From the NCBI GenBank assembly GCA_012837645.1, contig DUQU01000040.1:9834-73833 (forward strand): 64,000 nucleotides of DNA, read 5' to 3'. The notes beneath the pieces were generated by a model, which saw nothing but the letters and a program-made list of their open reading frames with translations, had not been told where the DNA came from and made no database searches. Positions 47,615 through 57,734 of this stretch are shown here, piece by piece (positions within the stretch are counted from its first letter, which is position 1; each line of letters opens with the position of its first letter). A program made the translations under genes and the position numbers. Source of the stretch: Acholeplasmataceae bacterium. Its GTDB lineage: Bacteria > Bacillota_I > Bacilli_A > Acholeplasmatales > UBA5453.

Positions 47615-48494
47615 ACCTTTTTTCTCCAAAGAAAAAAATGCCAACTGCACCGGGACCCGCGTGACTTGCTGTTATAGTTCCTGCAGGATATATTTTAATT
47701 TCTTCTTCTAAAAATAAAAATTTTTCTTCAATTACTTTTTTTAACTTTAAAGCTTCTGCTAAATCATTACTATGAGTTATATAGCATTTACCAGTATAAT
47801 GAAGACCACCAAAAGCAAGTTTTTCCATTTGATCAAGTGCCTTTTTAAAGACCCTTTTTTTACCTATTATTTTAAAGCGAGGAATTATCTCTCCGTTAAC
47901 ACTAACGTTCATTAATGGACAAATAGACAATCTCTTCCCAATTATTCCTTCAATCCATTTTACTCTTCCTCCTTTAATAAAATAAGAAATGTCAGTAGTG
48001 TAAAACCAATGATTTAAAGTTAATTTGTTATTTTCTAACCAAGTTATAAGCTCTTTTTTAAGATATCCCTTGTCTCTTCTTTCCACTAACTCTCTCATCA
48101 ACAAACCATAACCAGTAGCTCCTGCCAAAGAATCTATTACCGTTACTGTATTTTTTGTAAATTTCTTGTTTAATTCTTCGCTTGCTAAAGTGGCTTGCCC
48201 AAAACTTCCTGATAGCCCACTAGAAAATGTAATATGCAAAACATCATACCCTTCTTTTAAAAAAGGAGTAAAAAAATTTAGATAACTTTCTTTTGTAACT
48301 TGAGTAGTAGTCGCTTTTTTACCCATTTCAATGGAGTGATAAAAATAATCATAAGAAAAATCCTTACTAATATTTGTAGTTAGTTTTTCATCATCTAAAA
48401 AGTAATTATAATCGATATAAGGAACATTCAACAATTCTAAATCTTCTTTGTAAATGTCAACAGTTGACTCGCAAGTTAAAATATATTTAATCAT
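47607..48494 (-). CDS. DegV-family fatty-acid-binding protein (FakB-like)
   Basis: ~295 aa with a typical DegV layout: ...TTTQVTKESYLNFF...HITFSSGLSGSFGQA...VIDSLAGATGYGLL... and a C-terminal ...GPGAVGIFF. Confidence 0.8.
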   Translation of the reverse strand: MIKYILTCESTVDIYKEDLELLNVPYIDYNYFLDDEKLTTNISKDFSYDYFYHSIEMGKKATTTQVTKESYLNFFTPFLKEGYDVLHITFSSGLSGSFGQATLASEELNKKFTKNTVTVIDSLAGATGYGLLMRELVERRDKGYLKKELITWLENNKLTLNHWFYTTDISYFIKGGRVKWIEGIIGKRLSICPLMNVSVNGEIIPRFKIIGKKRVFKKALDQMEKLAFGGLHYTGKCYITHSNDLAEALKLKKVIEEKFLFLEEEIKIYPAGTITASHAGPGAVGIFFFGEKRYD

Positions 48495-48579
48495 AACATC
48501 ACCTCTTTTTATACTATAAACAATCTTATAATTGACATCAACCTACTATTTGTTTTTAAAAAATAGAGTTGCAAAGTCA

Positions 48580-48598
48580 ATTCTACTCGCAGTAGAAT
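48580..48598. promoter_or_regulatory. Perfect palindrome in the DegV / XRE divergent intergenic region (candidate operator)
   Basis: ATTCTACT-cgc-AGTAGAAT (48580-48598), 24 nt upstream of the XRE-family gene ATG and just upstream of TATAAT (48611-48616). Confidence 0.35.
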
Positions 48599-48621
48599 AA
48601 CATTTATGCTATAATATTTAT

Positions 48622-49224
48622 ATGGAAAATAGAAGAGAAGAACTTCAAAAAAATATTGCAAAAAATATTCAATATTACCGGAAACAATTAAATCTTACAC
48701 AACTTGAATTAGCGGAAATCCTTAACTACTCCGATAAATCAATTTCCAAGTGGGAAAGAGGGGAAGGAATTCCCGATGTTTTTGTCTTGAATAAATTGGC
48801 GGAAGTTTTTCACATTTCAATAAATGATCTTTTAAGTGAGAAAACTAAAAAAATAAAAAAGCCTAAACAAACACAATTAAAACCACTTATTTATGTTTTG
48901 ATTGTTTGGGCAGATTTTACAATTGCTTATGGTTTATTAAAAATGTTTTATCCGAGGGATTTGTTTTTTCCTTTATGGCATTTATTTATTTACCCTATCC
49001 CTATTTCTGGTTTGATTTTTTTTATTTTTAATTTGGTTTGGAAAAAATTACCTTATATCTATCTTTTTTTAACTGTTTTTATTTGGGGATCAGCTCTTTC
49101 TCTTCAGCTGCTCTTTACTACTCTTCCTGCACATTTATTTTATATTATTACTACAGCTTTATATTTGCTTTTCATGTATATAACTTTTTATACGATGCAA
49201 TACCGCAAAAAAAGGCGAAAATAA
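48622..49224 (+). CDS. Membrane-anchored XRE-family HTH protein
   Basis: N-terminus NIQYYRKQLNLTQLELAEILNYSDKSISKWERGEGIPDV (HTH_3), followed by about four TM helices. Confidence 0.75.
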   Translation: MENRREELQKNIAKNIQYYRKQLNLTQLELAEILNYSDKSISKWERGEGIPDVFVLNKLAEVFHISINDLLSEKTKKIKKPKQTQLKPLIYVLIVWADFTIAYGLLKMFYPRDLFFPLWHLFIYPIPISGLIFFIFNLVWKKLPYIYLFLTVFIWGSALSLQLLFTTLPAHLFYIITTALYLLFMYITFYTMQYRKKRRK

Positions 49225-49265
49225 AAGCCTCACAACTTAACTTTTATTAAGTAATGAGGCTTTTT

Positions 49266-49895
49266 TTATGCTAACTCTTGATAAACTTTTGTTAAAATAA
49301 TTTCTTTAATTTCTCTAACTTCAGTTATTAGTGAGGTTGTTTTCGATTGGTATTTTGCTTTTAAAGTTTCATCTTCAAAACCAATCAAATTAATTAAAAC
49401 ATTCATCGCTCCGCCCTCAGCGCCCGAAGATAACGCTAGAGCAGCTACCCCTAGATCTGAAATTGCATTTGGATTACCATATTTTAAAATAACTGGAATT
49501 TTTGTTAAGGCTTTTAAAGCTAATCTTAATATTTCTAAAGGCACTTCAATAGCTGCAATAGTCGCCTTTTTTATTTTTTCTTGTCGTTCTTCATTATCTT
49601 TAGGTATTTTAAACGCTGCAACTATTTTATTATATGCTTTTGTATCTTCGTCAATTAAAATTTTTAATTGTTCTTGGATTGTCTTGATTGCTTCCAAGTT
49701 GTTATTAAATTCTTGTTTTATTTCTTCGTCAAGCCTTAAAAACCTTTTTTTAGTTATTGTTAAAGCCCCAACCATCCTAGTTAGAGCGGTTCCTAAGTTC
49801 GCCATTAAAGCTGAAACAGAGCCTCCACCAGGTGCTGGTTTATTACTTGCTACTTCAGTACTAAAATCTTCGATTGTTAAATTAATTAAAGTCAT
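49266..49895 (-). CDS. Formiminotetrahydrofolate cyclodeaminase (FTCD C-domain family)
   Basis: ...NKPAPGGGSVSALMANLGTALTRMV... is the hallmark FTCD_C N-terminal motif. Probable ATG 49895 (MTLINLTIEDF) overlaps the hutI 3' end. Confidence 0.8.
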   Translation of the reverse strand: MTLINLTIEDFSTEVASNKPAPGGGSVSALMANLGTALTRMVGALTITKKRFLRLDEEIKQEFNNNLEAIKTIQEQLKILIDEDTKAYNKIVAAFKIPKDNEERQEKIKKATIAAIEVPLEILRLALKALTKIPVILKYGNPNAISDLGVAALALSSGAEGGAMNVLINLIGFEDETLKAKYQSKTTSLITEVREIKEIILTKVYQELA

Positions 49896-51156
49896 TGTTA
49901 ACCTCCATAACTTTTGTGTTTTCAACTACTTGCTTTCCTTTTATATAAACATCTTTCACATGATTAATACCGTAATGATATAAAATATAAGCCAAATTTT
50001 CAGCATTCATAACAATAAAATCAGCATCTTTACCCACTTCAAGAGAACCTTTATCAGCAGCAATGTTTAAATGATAAGCAGGGTTTATTGTAACCGCTGT
50101 TAAAACCTCTGCTGGGGTTAACATTAAATAATTCGAGGCTAATTGCATTACTAATTGAAAGTTTTCACTCGGATTTGAACCTGGATTATAATCTCCAGCC
50201 AATGATACTGCCACACCACAATCAATCATTTTTCGTGCTGGTGCATAATTCTTTTTTAAGTAAAAAGAAGTTCCAGGTAAAATGTTAGCCACTGTCTTTG
50301 AAGAACTTAATTTATTAATGTCTTCATCGCTAATAGCCATCAAATGATCGACAGAACTACAACCTAAACTTACTCCTAACCCAGCTCCACCTAAAGAGAC
50401 AATTTCATCGGCATGCATTTTAATATCATAGCCAAGTTTTTTCGCTTCTGAGAGTAGGAATTTAGTCTCTTCAAGAGAAAAAACACTTTCCTCACAAAAA
50501 ACATCAACTCGTTCAAATAAATTTTCTTTTTTAAATTTTTTCAGTTCTTCTACTAAGAACTTGAGGTAAGTTTCTTTATCATTTAAGTATTCTACCGGTA
50601 TAGCATGAGCACCCATATAAGTAGATAAAACTTCAATAGGATGGAGAGCATTAAGTTTTTTATTAACTAGTAGTTGTTTTTTTTCTGTTTCATGATCGAG
50701 ACCATAACCACTTTTCGATTCCACTACTGTAACTCCATAGGAAAGCATCATATTTAAAGAGGCGAAAGCTTTTAAATATAACTTTTCAAAAGTAGCTTTA
50801 CGAGTTTTAGAAACAGTTCCTAAAATTCCTCCACCTCGCGCTAAAATATCCAAATATGGGACTCCTCTTTTTAAATCATCATACTCATCTTCTCTCGAAC
50901 CAGCATGAACCAAATGAGTATGTGAATCGATAAATCCTGGTAAAACAATTTTGTTTTTTTCTGATTTTACAATTGTATTTTTGTCAATAAATTCTTTTCC
51001 TTCTCCTTCTCCTAAGGCTAATATTTTTCCGTTTTTTACTGCAATGAATCCATTATTTATTTCTCTAATGTCGTTCATTTGAGAGCCTTTAAGAGGCGGC
51101 TTTAAATAAGGGGTATAAATGGTTTTAATCTCATTAATTACTAAATCAGCTTTCAT
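49882..51156 (-). CDS. hutI: Imidazolonepropionase
   Basis: Amidohydrolase fold with GFIDSHTHLVHAGSR, ...KMHADE..., GDYNPGS motifs. Confidence 0.9.
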   Translation of the reverse strand: MKADLVINEIKTIYTPYLKPPLKGSQMNDIREINNGFIAVKNGKILALGEGEGKEFIDKNTIVKSEKNKIVLPGFIDSHTHLVHAGSREDEYDDLKRGVPYLDILARGGGILGTVSKTRKATFEKLYLKAFASLNMMLSYGVTVVESKSGYGLDHETEKKQLLVNKKLNALHPIEVLSTYMGAHAIPVEYLNDKETYLKFLVEELKKFKKENLFERVDVFCEESVFSLEETKFLLSEAKKLGYDIKMHADEIVSLGGAGLGVSLGCSSVDHLMAISDEDINKLSSSKTVANILPGTSFYLKKNYAPARKMIDCGVAVSLAGDYNPGSNPSENFQLVMQLASNYLMLTPAEVLTAVTINPAYHLNIAADKGSLEVGKDADFIVMNAENLAYILYHYGINHVKDVYIKGKQVVENTKVMEVNNDFN

Positions 51157-51161
51157 AGTTA

Positions 51162-52133
51162 CTAATCTCCTAAATTGGCTTCAATTATTTTATTGGAATC
51201 AAAGTCTCTTAATTGTAAATATTTTTTAGCTAGATTTGTTATCTCTAAAAAGGAAATCTCCTTATTATATTCCTCATTATCTTTCAAAAGATAATATCTA
51301 AGTGACCTTAAAAGTGCTTCTTTAGGAATTAGTCCTATTACTTCACTTCCTAAAACAGCGACTTGATATCTTTTTAATTCCATTCGCACCGTTTCTAAGA
51401 CACGATATAAGGGGTTTTTCTTAAAATCTAAAATATTCATCGTTACTTGAACATGACCGCGTTCTTCTAAAAACACTGGTCCTGCTTGAACAAAAGCAAA
51501 TCCACCTGATGATTTTCTAATCGCTCTCGCAACATTATTGGCAATTTTTTCATCATCAGTGCCTAAGTCAATATTATAAGCAATGAGAGGAAGCCTGGCG
51601 CCAATCGCAACTACCCCAAAGCTAGGATGAATTTTCGCTTCTCCATAATCGGGTTCCCATTCTTTTAAAGTAATCTTTTCTTTCATTCCTTCAAATTCAC
51701 CTCTTCTAATCGTCGGTAAATTTCTTCTTTTTGAAGTTTTAGCAGCCTCAGCATATAAATAAACTGGAATAGTTAACTCACTAGCAACCTTTTCTGCTAA
51801 TAAATTGGCATAATTAATACATTCTTCCATGGAAACGTCCTTAATAGGGATAAAAGGAATTACATCAACCGCACCCATTCGGGGATGTTCACCTTGGTGA
51901 TAATTCATATCTATTTCTAATTTTGCATTTTCAATAAACTTTAAAAGCGGATTAATCATTTCATCAGGATCGCCAATAATTGTAATAACAGTTCTATTGT
52001 AATCACTGTCTGCTTCAATATTAACAAGTTTAAATCCTTTTTGATTTTTTAAAGGTGCTACAATCCTATCGATCTTTTTTAAATCAGTTCCTTCACTAAT
52101 GTTAGGAACACATTGTACTATTTTCATTTTCAC
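51162..52133 (-). CDS. Glutamate formimidoyltransferase (FTCD N-domain family)
   Basis: N-terminal VQCVPNISEG motif, ~320 aa. Stands alone, i.e. not fused to the cyclodeaminase. Confidence 0.85.
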   Translation of the reverse strand: MKMKIVQCVPNISEGTDLKKIDRIVAPLKNQKGFKLVNIEADSDYNRTVITIIGDPDEMINPLLKFIENAKLEIDMNYHQGEHPRMGAVDVIPFIPIKDVSMEECINYANLLAEKVASELTIPVYLYAEAAKTSKRRNLPTIRRGEFEGMKEKITLKEWEPDYGEAKIHPSFGVVAIGARLPLIAYNIDLGTDDEKIANNVARAIRKSSGGFAFVQAGPVFLEERGHVQVTMNILDFKKNPLYRVLETVRMELKRYQVAVLGSEVIGLIPKEALLRSLRYYLLKDNEEYNKEISFLEITNLAKKYLQLRDFDSNKIIEANLGD

Positions 52134-54127
52134 TCCTCATTAAAATATTTTTTTAAAAGCTCTTCAGAAACCAAATTCGGTAAGGTAACTTTCAACTTAC
52201 CAATCGTTTCATCCCATTTTTTTATTGACTCTATCGCATTTTCGTTTCGCGCCCAAGCTCTTCTACTAACACCGGCCATAACATCATAAACAAGCGCTTC
52301 TCTTAAAATTTGATCGGTTTCTTCACGACCATCTAAAAGCATTCCAAAACCACCATTAATAGCTTTAGAAACACCGACACCACCACCATTATGTAAAGCT
52401 ACTAAACTCATTCCTCTTAAAGCATTACCTAAAGCTACTTGAGTTGACATCTCTGCCATAATATTGGAGCCATCTTTAATATTAGCTGTTTCTCTAAAAG
52501 GAGAATCAGTACCACCTGTGTCATGATGATCTCTTCCAAGCATTATCGGTCCTACTTTTTTTAATCTTACTAACTCATTAAACCTTAAAGCAATTTTAAG
52601 TCTCCCGACTGCATCTTGATATAAAATTCTGGCTTGGGTTCCTACGACTAATTTATTTTGATGGGCTTTTTTTAACCAAATATAATTATCATAATCTTGA
52701 AATCTTTCCTCTTTGGCAATGAGCTTCGCGGCTTCTTTGTCAGTTAAAATTAAATCTTCTTCTTTTCCACTTAAACAAACCCATCTAAAAGGTCCATATC
52801 CATAATCAAATAAAAGTGGACCCATCAACTCTTCCACATAAGAGGGCTGCTTAAACCCATCTAAATCATTACGACCATTTTTACAAACTCTTAATACTCC
52901 GGCATCATAAACGGCTTTTAAAAAAGAATTACCATAATCAAAGAAGTAAGTTCCTTTTTCCACTAATTGTTCTAAATAATAATAATGTTTTTTTAAGGCT
53001 TCATCAACAAGACCTTTAAATTTTACTGGATCTTCTTCTAACATTTTTGTACGCTCTTCAAAACTTAATTGATAAGGACAGTAACCGCCTTCATAAACAG
53101 CATGACACGATGTTTGATCGGATAATAAATCAATTTTAATTTCATTTTGATAAGCATACGCTAATAGGTCGACAATATTTCCATGGTAAGCAATTGCCAA
53201 AGGTTTTTTTTCTATTAAAGCTTTTTTAGCTAGACTATAAGCCTCTTTAAGGTCGTTAGTTACAATATCGATCCAACCTTGCTGGTGTCTTGTTTTAATT
53301 CTCGAAGAATCAACTTCCGCAATTATTCCCACTCCGCCGGCGATAACGATCGCTTTGCCTTGTGCTCCGCTCATCCCACCTAATCCTGAAGAGACAAATA
53401 AATAACCTGCTAAATTTTCATTATAAGGAACATTTAGTTTTAATCTCCCTGCATTAAGCAAGGTTGAATAGGTGCCATGAACTATTCCTTGGGGACCAAT
53501 ATACATCCAGCCTCCAGCCGTCATTTGTCCATAATTAGCAACTCCTAAAGCACTCGCCCTTTCAAAATCTTTGATATTATCATATTGCCCAATCATTAAC
53601 CCATTAGTAATAATTACTCTTGGAGCGTTTTGATGACTTGGGAAAAGTCCTAAAGGATGACCAGACATAACTGTCAGGGTTTCCTCATCAGTCATCACTT
53701 CTAAATATTTTTTAATCAAATGGTATTGCATCCAGTTTTGGCATACTTGACCGGTTTCCCCGTAAGTTACTAATTCATAAGGATATAAAGCCACCCGATG
53801 ATCTAAATTATTATCGATCATCACCATAAAAGCTTTACCAGCTAAAGTTCTTGCTTGATATTCTTCTATTGGTTTACCAAAAAGAATTTCTTTAGGTATA
53901 AACCGATAACCATAAATGCGCCCTCTTTCCTCTAACTCTTTTAAAAACTCAGGAATTAAAACTGGTTGCCACTTTTCAGGAATATATCTTAAAGCATTTT
54001 TAAGAGCTAACCTCTTTTCTTCGTTAGTTAAAGGAGCGTTTCTTTTCGGAGCTCTTCTAATCCCTTCTTTAAAAAGCGGATAACTAGGAAGTTCTTGAAA
54101 AATAGCCTCTAAACTGACTTTACTCAT
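52130..54127 (-). CDS. hutU: Urocanate hydratase (long form)
   Basis: 665 aa. ...NYGQMTAGGWMYIGPQGIVHGTY..., GLGGMSGAQ (NAD site), ...DHHDTGG... are conserved urocanase blocks. Confidence 0.9.
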   Translation of the reverse strand: MSKVSLEAIFQELPSYPLFKEGIRRAPKRNAPLTNEEKRLALKNALRYIPEKWQPVLIPEFLKELEERGRIYGYRFIPKEILFGKPIEEYQARTLAGKAFMVMIDNNLDHRVALYPYELVTYGETGQVCQNWMQYHLIKKYLEVMTDEETLTVMSGHPLGLFPSHQNAPRVIITNGLMIGQYDNIKDFERASALGVANYGQMTAGGWMYIGPQGIVHGTYSTLLNAGRLKLNVPYNENLAGYLFVSSGLGGMSGAQGKAIVIAGGVGIIAEVDSSRIKTRHQQGWIDIVTNDLKEAYSLAKKALIEKKPLAIAYHGNIVDLLAYAYQNEIKIDLLSDQTSCHAVYEGGYCPYQLSFEERTKMLEEDPVKFKGLVDEALKKHYYYLEQLVEKGTYFFDYGNSFLKAVYDAGVLRVCKNGRNDLDGFKQPSYVEELMGPLLFDYGYGPFRWVCLSGKEEDLILTDKEAAKLIAKEERFQDYDNYIWLKKAHQNKLVVGTQARILYQDAVGRLKIALRFNELVRLKKVGPIMLGRDHHDTGGTDSPFRETANIKDGSNIMAEMSTQVALGNALRGMSLVALHNGGGVGVSKAINGGFGMLLDGREETDQILREALVYDVMAGVSRRAWARNENAIESIKKWDETIGKLKVTLPNLVSEELLKKYFNEE

Positions 54128-55644
54128 ATTAATTTTTCCTCCTTAAAAACAGCCTTTTCCAACTCATCTTTGATTAATATTTCTTCCATTTTATGAAGAT
54201 ATTGATATAAAAGATCGTCATGGTCTAAAAATGGTATTAATTTTCTTATAAACTGATAAGCTTTAGTTGTTTTTTCACCTAAACCTTTATTTCCTCTTAA
54301 ATCGATTGCTTGAGCCGCCACAAACAGTTCCATCGCTATTACTTTTCTTGCATTTTTTAAAATTTCTGCGGCTTTTCTAGCCGCGATCGTCCCCATTGAA
54401 ACGTGGTCTTCTTGATTTGCCGAGGAGGGAATTGAATCCACTGAAGCAGGATGCGCTAATACTTTATTTTCGCTCACTAAAGAGGCGGCAGTATATTGAA
54501 CTATCATCATTCCTGATTCTACTCCTGAATTTTTAGTTAAGAAAGGTGGAAGGCCTCCAGATAAATGGGGATTAACCATTCTTTCAATTCTTCTTTCACT
54601 AATGTTAGCTAATTCAGCAATCGCAATTCCTAAATAATCAAATACTAAAGCCAAGGGCTGCCCATGAAAGTTTCCGGCACTAATCGCAGTTTTTTCATCA
54701 AATATTAAAGGATTGTCAGTAACAGCATTCATTTCTCGTTCTAAAATCGTTTTAGTATGTCTTAAAGCATCTAAAGTCGCTCCATGAACTTGAGGAGCAC
54801 AACGAATTGAATAAGCATCTTGAACTCTTATTTTATTTTGTTTCGTAATCATCTTACTATCCTTTAAATAAGATCTAATTTTTTTAGCGCAATCAATTTG
54901 ACCACTTTGTCTTCTGATTTCATGAACTCTTTCATCAAAAGCGTCGATTACCCCTTCCAAAGCTTCCATCGATAAAGCAAGCGCGAGATTGGCAAAACGA
55001 TAAAGGCGAAAAGCTTCTAAAAGGGTTACACCACCGATAGCTTGCATCGCTTGAGTACCATTAATTAAACTTAAACCTTCCTTCGGTTTTAAACTATCTA
55101 AAGCCTTTAAGTTCGCTATCTTTAAACCATCTTTCGTCTTGAGAATTTCATTTTTATAAATTACTTCTCCAAGTCCAATTAACGGCAAACTCATATGAGA
55201 TAGTAAAGCTAAATCGCCACTAGCACCTAAACTCCCTTTTTCATAAACAAGCGGGATAAAATCATAATTTAAATACTCTAATAATTTATTAATAGTTGTT
55301 AAACTAATACCACTATAACCTTGAATAAGTGCATTTATTCTTAAAGCCATCATCACTCTAACAACCTCTTTAGGAAGAGGTTTTCCAACACCACAAGCAT
55401 GACTTTTAAGTAAGTTTTCTTGTAAAAGTGATAACTGTTCTTTAGGAATTTTAACATTCGCTAAATGACCAAAACCAGTATTAACACCATAAACAGGGTT
55501 ATCTTTTTTAACCATAGTTGCGATATTTTCTTGAGAAGTTGTTATTTTTTTAATATTATCAGCACTAATCTTTATTTTAACTGAACCTTCAGCAATAGCT
55601 TTTAAATCAATTAAATTAAGCGTTTCGCCATTTAAAATTAACAT
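54124..55644 (-). CDS. hutH: Histidine ammonia-lyase
   Basis: MIO-forming triad in GSLGASGDLALLSHM; 506 aa. Confidence 0.9.
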   Translation of the reverse strand: MLILNGETLNLIDLKAIAEGSVKIKISADNIKKITTSQENIATMVKKDNPVYGVNTGFGHLANVKIPKEQLSLLQENLLKSHACGVGKPLPKEVVRVMMALRINALIQGYSGISLTTINKLLEYLNYDFIPLVYEKGSLGASGDLALLSHMSLPLIGLGEVIYKNEILKTKDGLKIANLKALDSLKPKEGLSLINGTQAMQAIGGVTLLEAFRLYRFANLALALSMEALEGVIDAFDERVHEIRRQSGQIDCAKKIRSYLKDSKMITKQNKIRVQDAYSIRCAPQVHGATLDALRHTKTILEREMNAVTDNPLIFDEKTAISAGNFHGQPLALVFDYLGIAIAELANISERRIERMVNPHLSGGLPPFLTKNSGVESGMMIVQYTAASLVSENKVLAHPASVDSIPSSANQEDHVSMGTIAARKAAEILKNARKVIAMELFVAAQAIDLRGNKGLGEKTTKAYQFIRKLIPFLDHDDLLYQYLHKMEEILIKDELEKAVFKEEKLI

Positions 55645-55655
55645 AGTTTTACCTC

Positions 55656-57041
55656 TTATTCAACAGGTTTAAAAGTTGAGGTGAAGTGTCTTAAAATTGG
55701 AGCTTCCTCTAAAAAAGTATAACCTTTTAGTTCTTTTCTTTTTTCATAAACATTAATCACTCCTAAAGCGACAACATCGAGATGATTATACGTATAAACT
55801 CTTCTGGGAATAGTCAGGCGCATAAACTCCATTTTACTTTCTAAATTTTCTTTAGTGTCCGGGTCTCTTCCTAATAATAGTGAGCCAATTTCAACGGCTC
55901 TTACTCCCGCTTCTAAGTAAAGTTCATTAGTAACTGCAAGAGCTGGAAATTGATAAAAAGGGATATGCGGGCAAAAGCTTTTACATTCAACAAAAACTGC
56001 GTGTCCACCAACCGGATATTGAATCGGAACACCTGCGGCTTTTAATTTTTCACCTAAATAGCGTACTTGATCAAGACGATGTTTTAAATAATCCTCTTCC
56101 ATTCCTTCTTTTAATCCTACCGCTAAAGCTTCCATATCACGGCCACTGAGACCACCATAACTAGGAAAACCTTCATAAGGCACGACCATTGTTTGCGCTT
56201 TTAAAAACAGTTCCCTATCATTTTTAATGGCGATAATACCGCCCATATTAACTAAAGCATCTTTTTTAGCACTCATTAAAAAGACATCTGCATAACCAAA
56301 CATTTCTAAGGCAATCTCTTTAATAGTCTTATTTTGATAACCTTTTTCTCTCGTTTTAATGAAATAGGAATTTTCACTAAAACGGGCACCATCGATAATA
56401 AGTTTTAACTGATATTTTTGACAAATTTCACTTGTTTTTCTAATGTTTTCCATCGAAACAGGTTGACCACCAGCAGAATTATTCGTAACTGTCATAATAA
56501 TTCCTGCGATATTTTCTTTGCCTTTTTCATTAATTAAATGCTCTAATTTTACAAGATCCATATTCCCTTTAAAATCATGATATTTATCTAAATCAAAACA
56601 TTCATCAATTACACAATCGAGTGCTCGCGCTCCCGCTAATTCCACATGAGCTCTAGTGGTATCAAAGTGGGTATTAGAAATATAATACATATTTTCTTTA
56701 GTGACTAATTGCGGCAACAACACCTTTTCCGCTCCTCTACCTTGATGAGCAGGAATAAAATATTGATAGCCTGTAATTTCCTTTACAACTTTTTCAAGAC
56801 GATAAAAACTACTACTACCAGCATAAGCCTCATCACCAAGCATCATCATTGACCATTGTTGTTGGCTCATCGCTCCAGTCCCAGAATCAGTAAGTAAATC
56901 AACATAAACATCATGACTTCTTAAAGCAAAAGGATTATACCCAGCACTTTTAAGTAATTTAATCCTTTCTTCTTTAGTAGTTTCAAAAAGTGGTTCCACC
57001 ATTTTTATTCGATATGGTTCAGCAACATATTTTTTATCCAT
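55656..57041 (-). CDS. Beta-eliminating lyase (tryptophanase / tyrosine phenol-lyase family)
   Basis: [11 protein letters not shown]..., [25 protein letters not shown]-lysine motif [27 protein letters not shown]. The Trp versus Tyr specificity cannot be decided by eye. Confidence 0.85.
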   Translation of the reverse strand: MDKKYVAEPYRIKMVEPLFETTKEERIKLLKSAGYNPFALRSHDVYVDLLTDSGTGAMSQQQWSMMMLGDEAYAGSSSFYRLEKVVKEITGYQYFIPAHQGRGAEKVLLPQLVTKENMYYISNTHFDTTRAHVELAGARALDCVIDECFDLDKYHDFKGNMDLVKLEHLINEKGKENIAGIIMTVTNNSAGGQPVSMENIRKTSEICQKYQLKLIIDGARFSENSYFIKTREKGYQNKTIKEIALEMFGYADVFLMSAKKDALVNMGGIIAIKNDRELFLKAQTMVVPYEGFPSYGGLSGRDMEALAVGLKEGMEEDYLKHRLDQVRYLGEKLKAAGVPIQYPVGGHAVFVECKSFCPHIPFYQFPALAVTNELYLEAGVRAVEIGSLLLGRDPDTKENLESKMEFMRLTIPRRVYTYNHLDVVALGVINVYEKRKELKGYTFLEEAPILRHFTSTFKPVE

Positions 57042-57389
57042 TTAATTTCTCCTTTTTTATTCACCTACATTATACACAAAATCAACCAAAAACTAAACCC
57101 TCAACAAATATCAAAATGAAGAAATATCTCTTTCATAAATTAAGCCTCTCTTAGTCATTAGCTATTAAGACACATTTTATAAAAAAAAATTATGCTCTTT
57201 AAAAAAACAGTCATAACAATCAATAAAAACAGCTTTTTTACTACAATTTAATATTTATACACTTAGCAATAAAAGATGTTTCGCTTTACGGCAACAATTA
57301 TTAATAATATTTAATTTAACTTCTATTATCTCTGTTAAAAAAGCCTCCAATAACTAATTATAAAAAGTTTAGAATTGATAATTAACTTA

Positions 57390-57734
57390 TTAATAACTTA
57401 AATTTTGAGTAGCGATTAGATTAGCTCCAGTGTTTAAAATGTTTGAGATTATTACATCTCCTATTTCTTTACTGCTTGATACTATAACTTTATTAATTTC
57501 TTTCATAATTTTAAACATTAACCCTTTTGGTATTGAAATGTTAGTTTTAACACTTAATCTTGGCATCTCTTTATTAGTTGTTTTTACGGTGGATGTGATA
57601 ATTCTTTTGGGATTGGTCACTTCTTCTAAACCATACTCTATGCCCCTTTTGCATTTATTGCCAGTTATAATACCATCTTTATAAGTAAGCGTACATCCAA
57701 TTGGACATCTAATACATATTAGTGTTTTTTCCAT
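57390..57734 (-). CDS. DUF1667-family small Cys-rich protein
   Basis: LICIRCPIGCTL... N-terminus and ~114 aa size. The third gene of the FAD-oxidoreductase trio, which is the typical context of DUF1667. Confidence 0.65.
   Translation of the reverse strand: MEKTLICIRCPIGCTLTYKDGIITGNKCKRGIEYGLEEVTNPKRIITSTVKTTNKEMPRLSVKTNISIPKGLMFKIMKEINKVIVSSSKEIGDVIISNILNTGANLIATQNLSY

Noticed and set aside
57277-57290. cre-like sequence TGTTTCGCTTTACG in the leader of the tnaA-hut operon.
   Set aside because: It does not align to TGWAANCGNTNWCA in either orientation without several mismatches at invariant positions.
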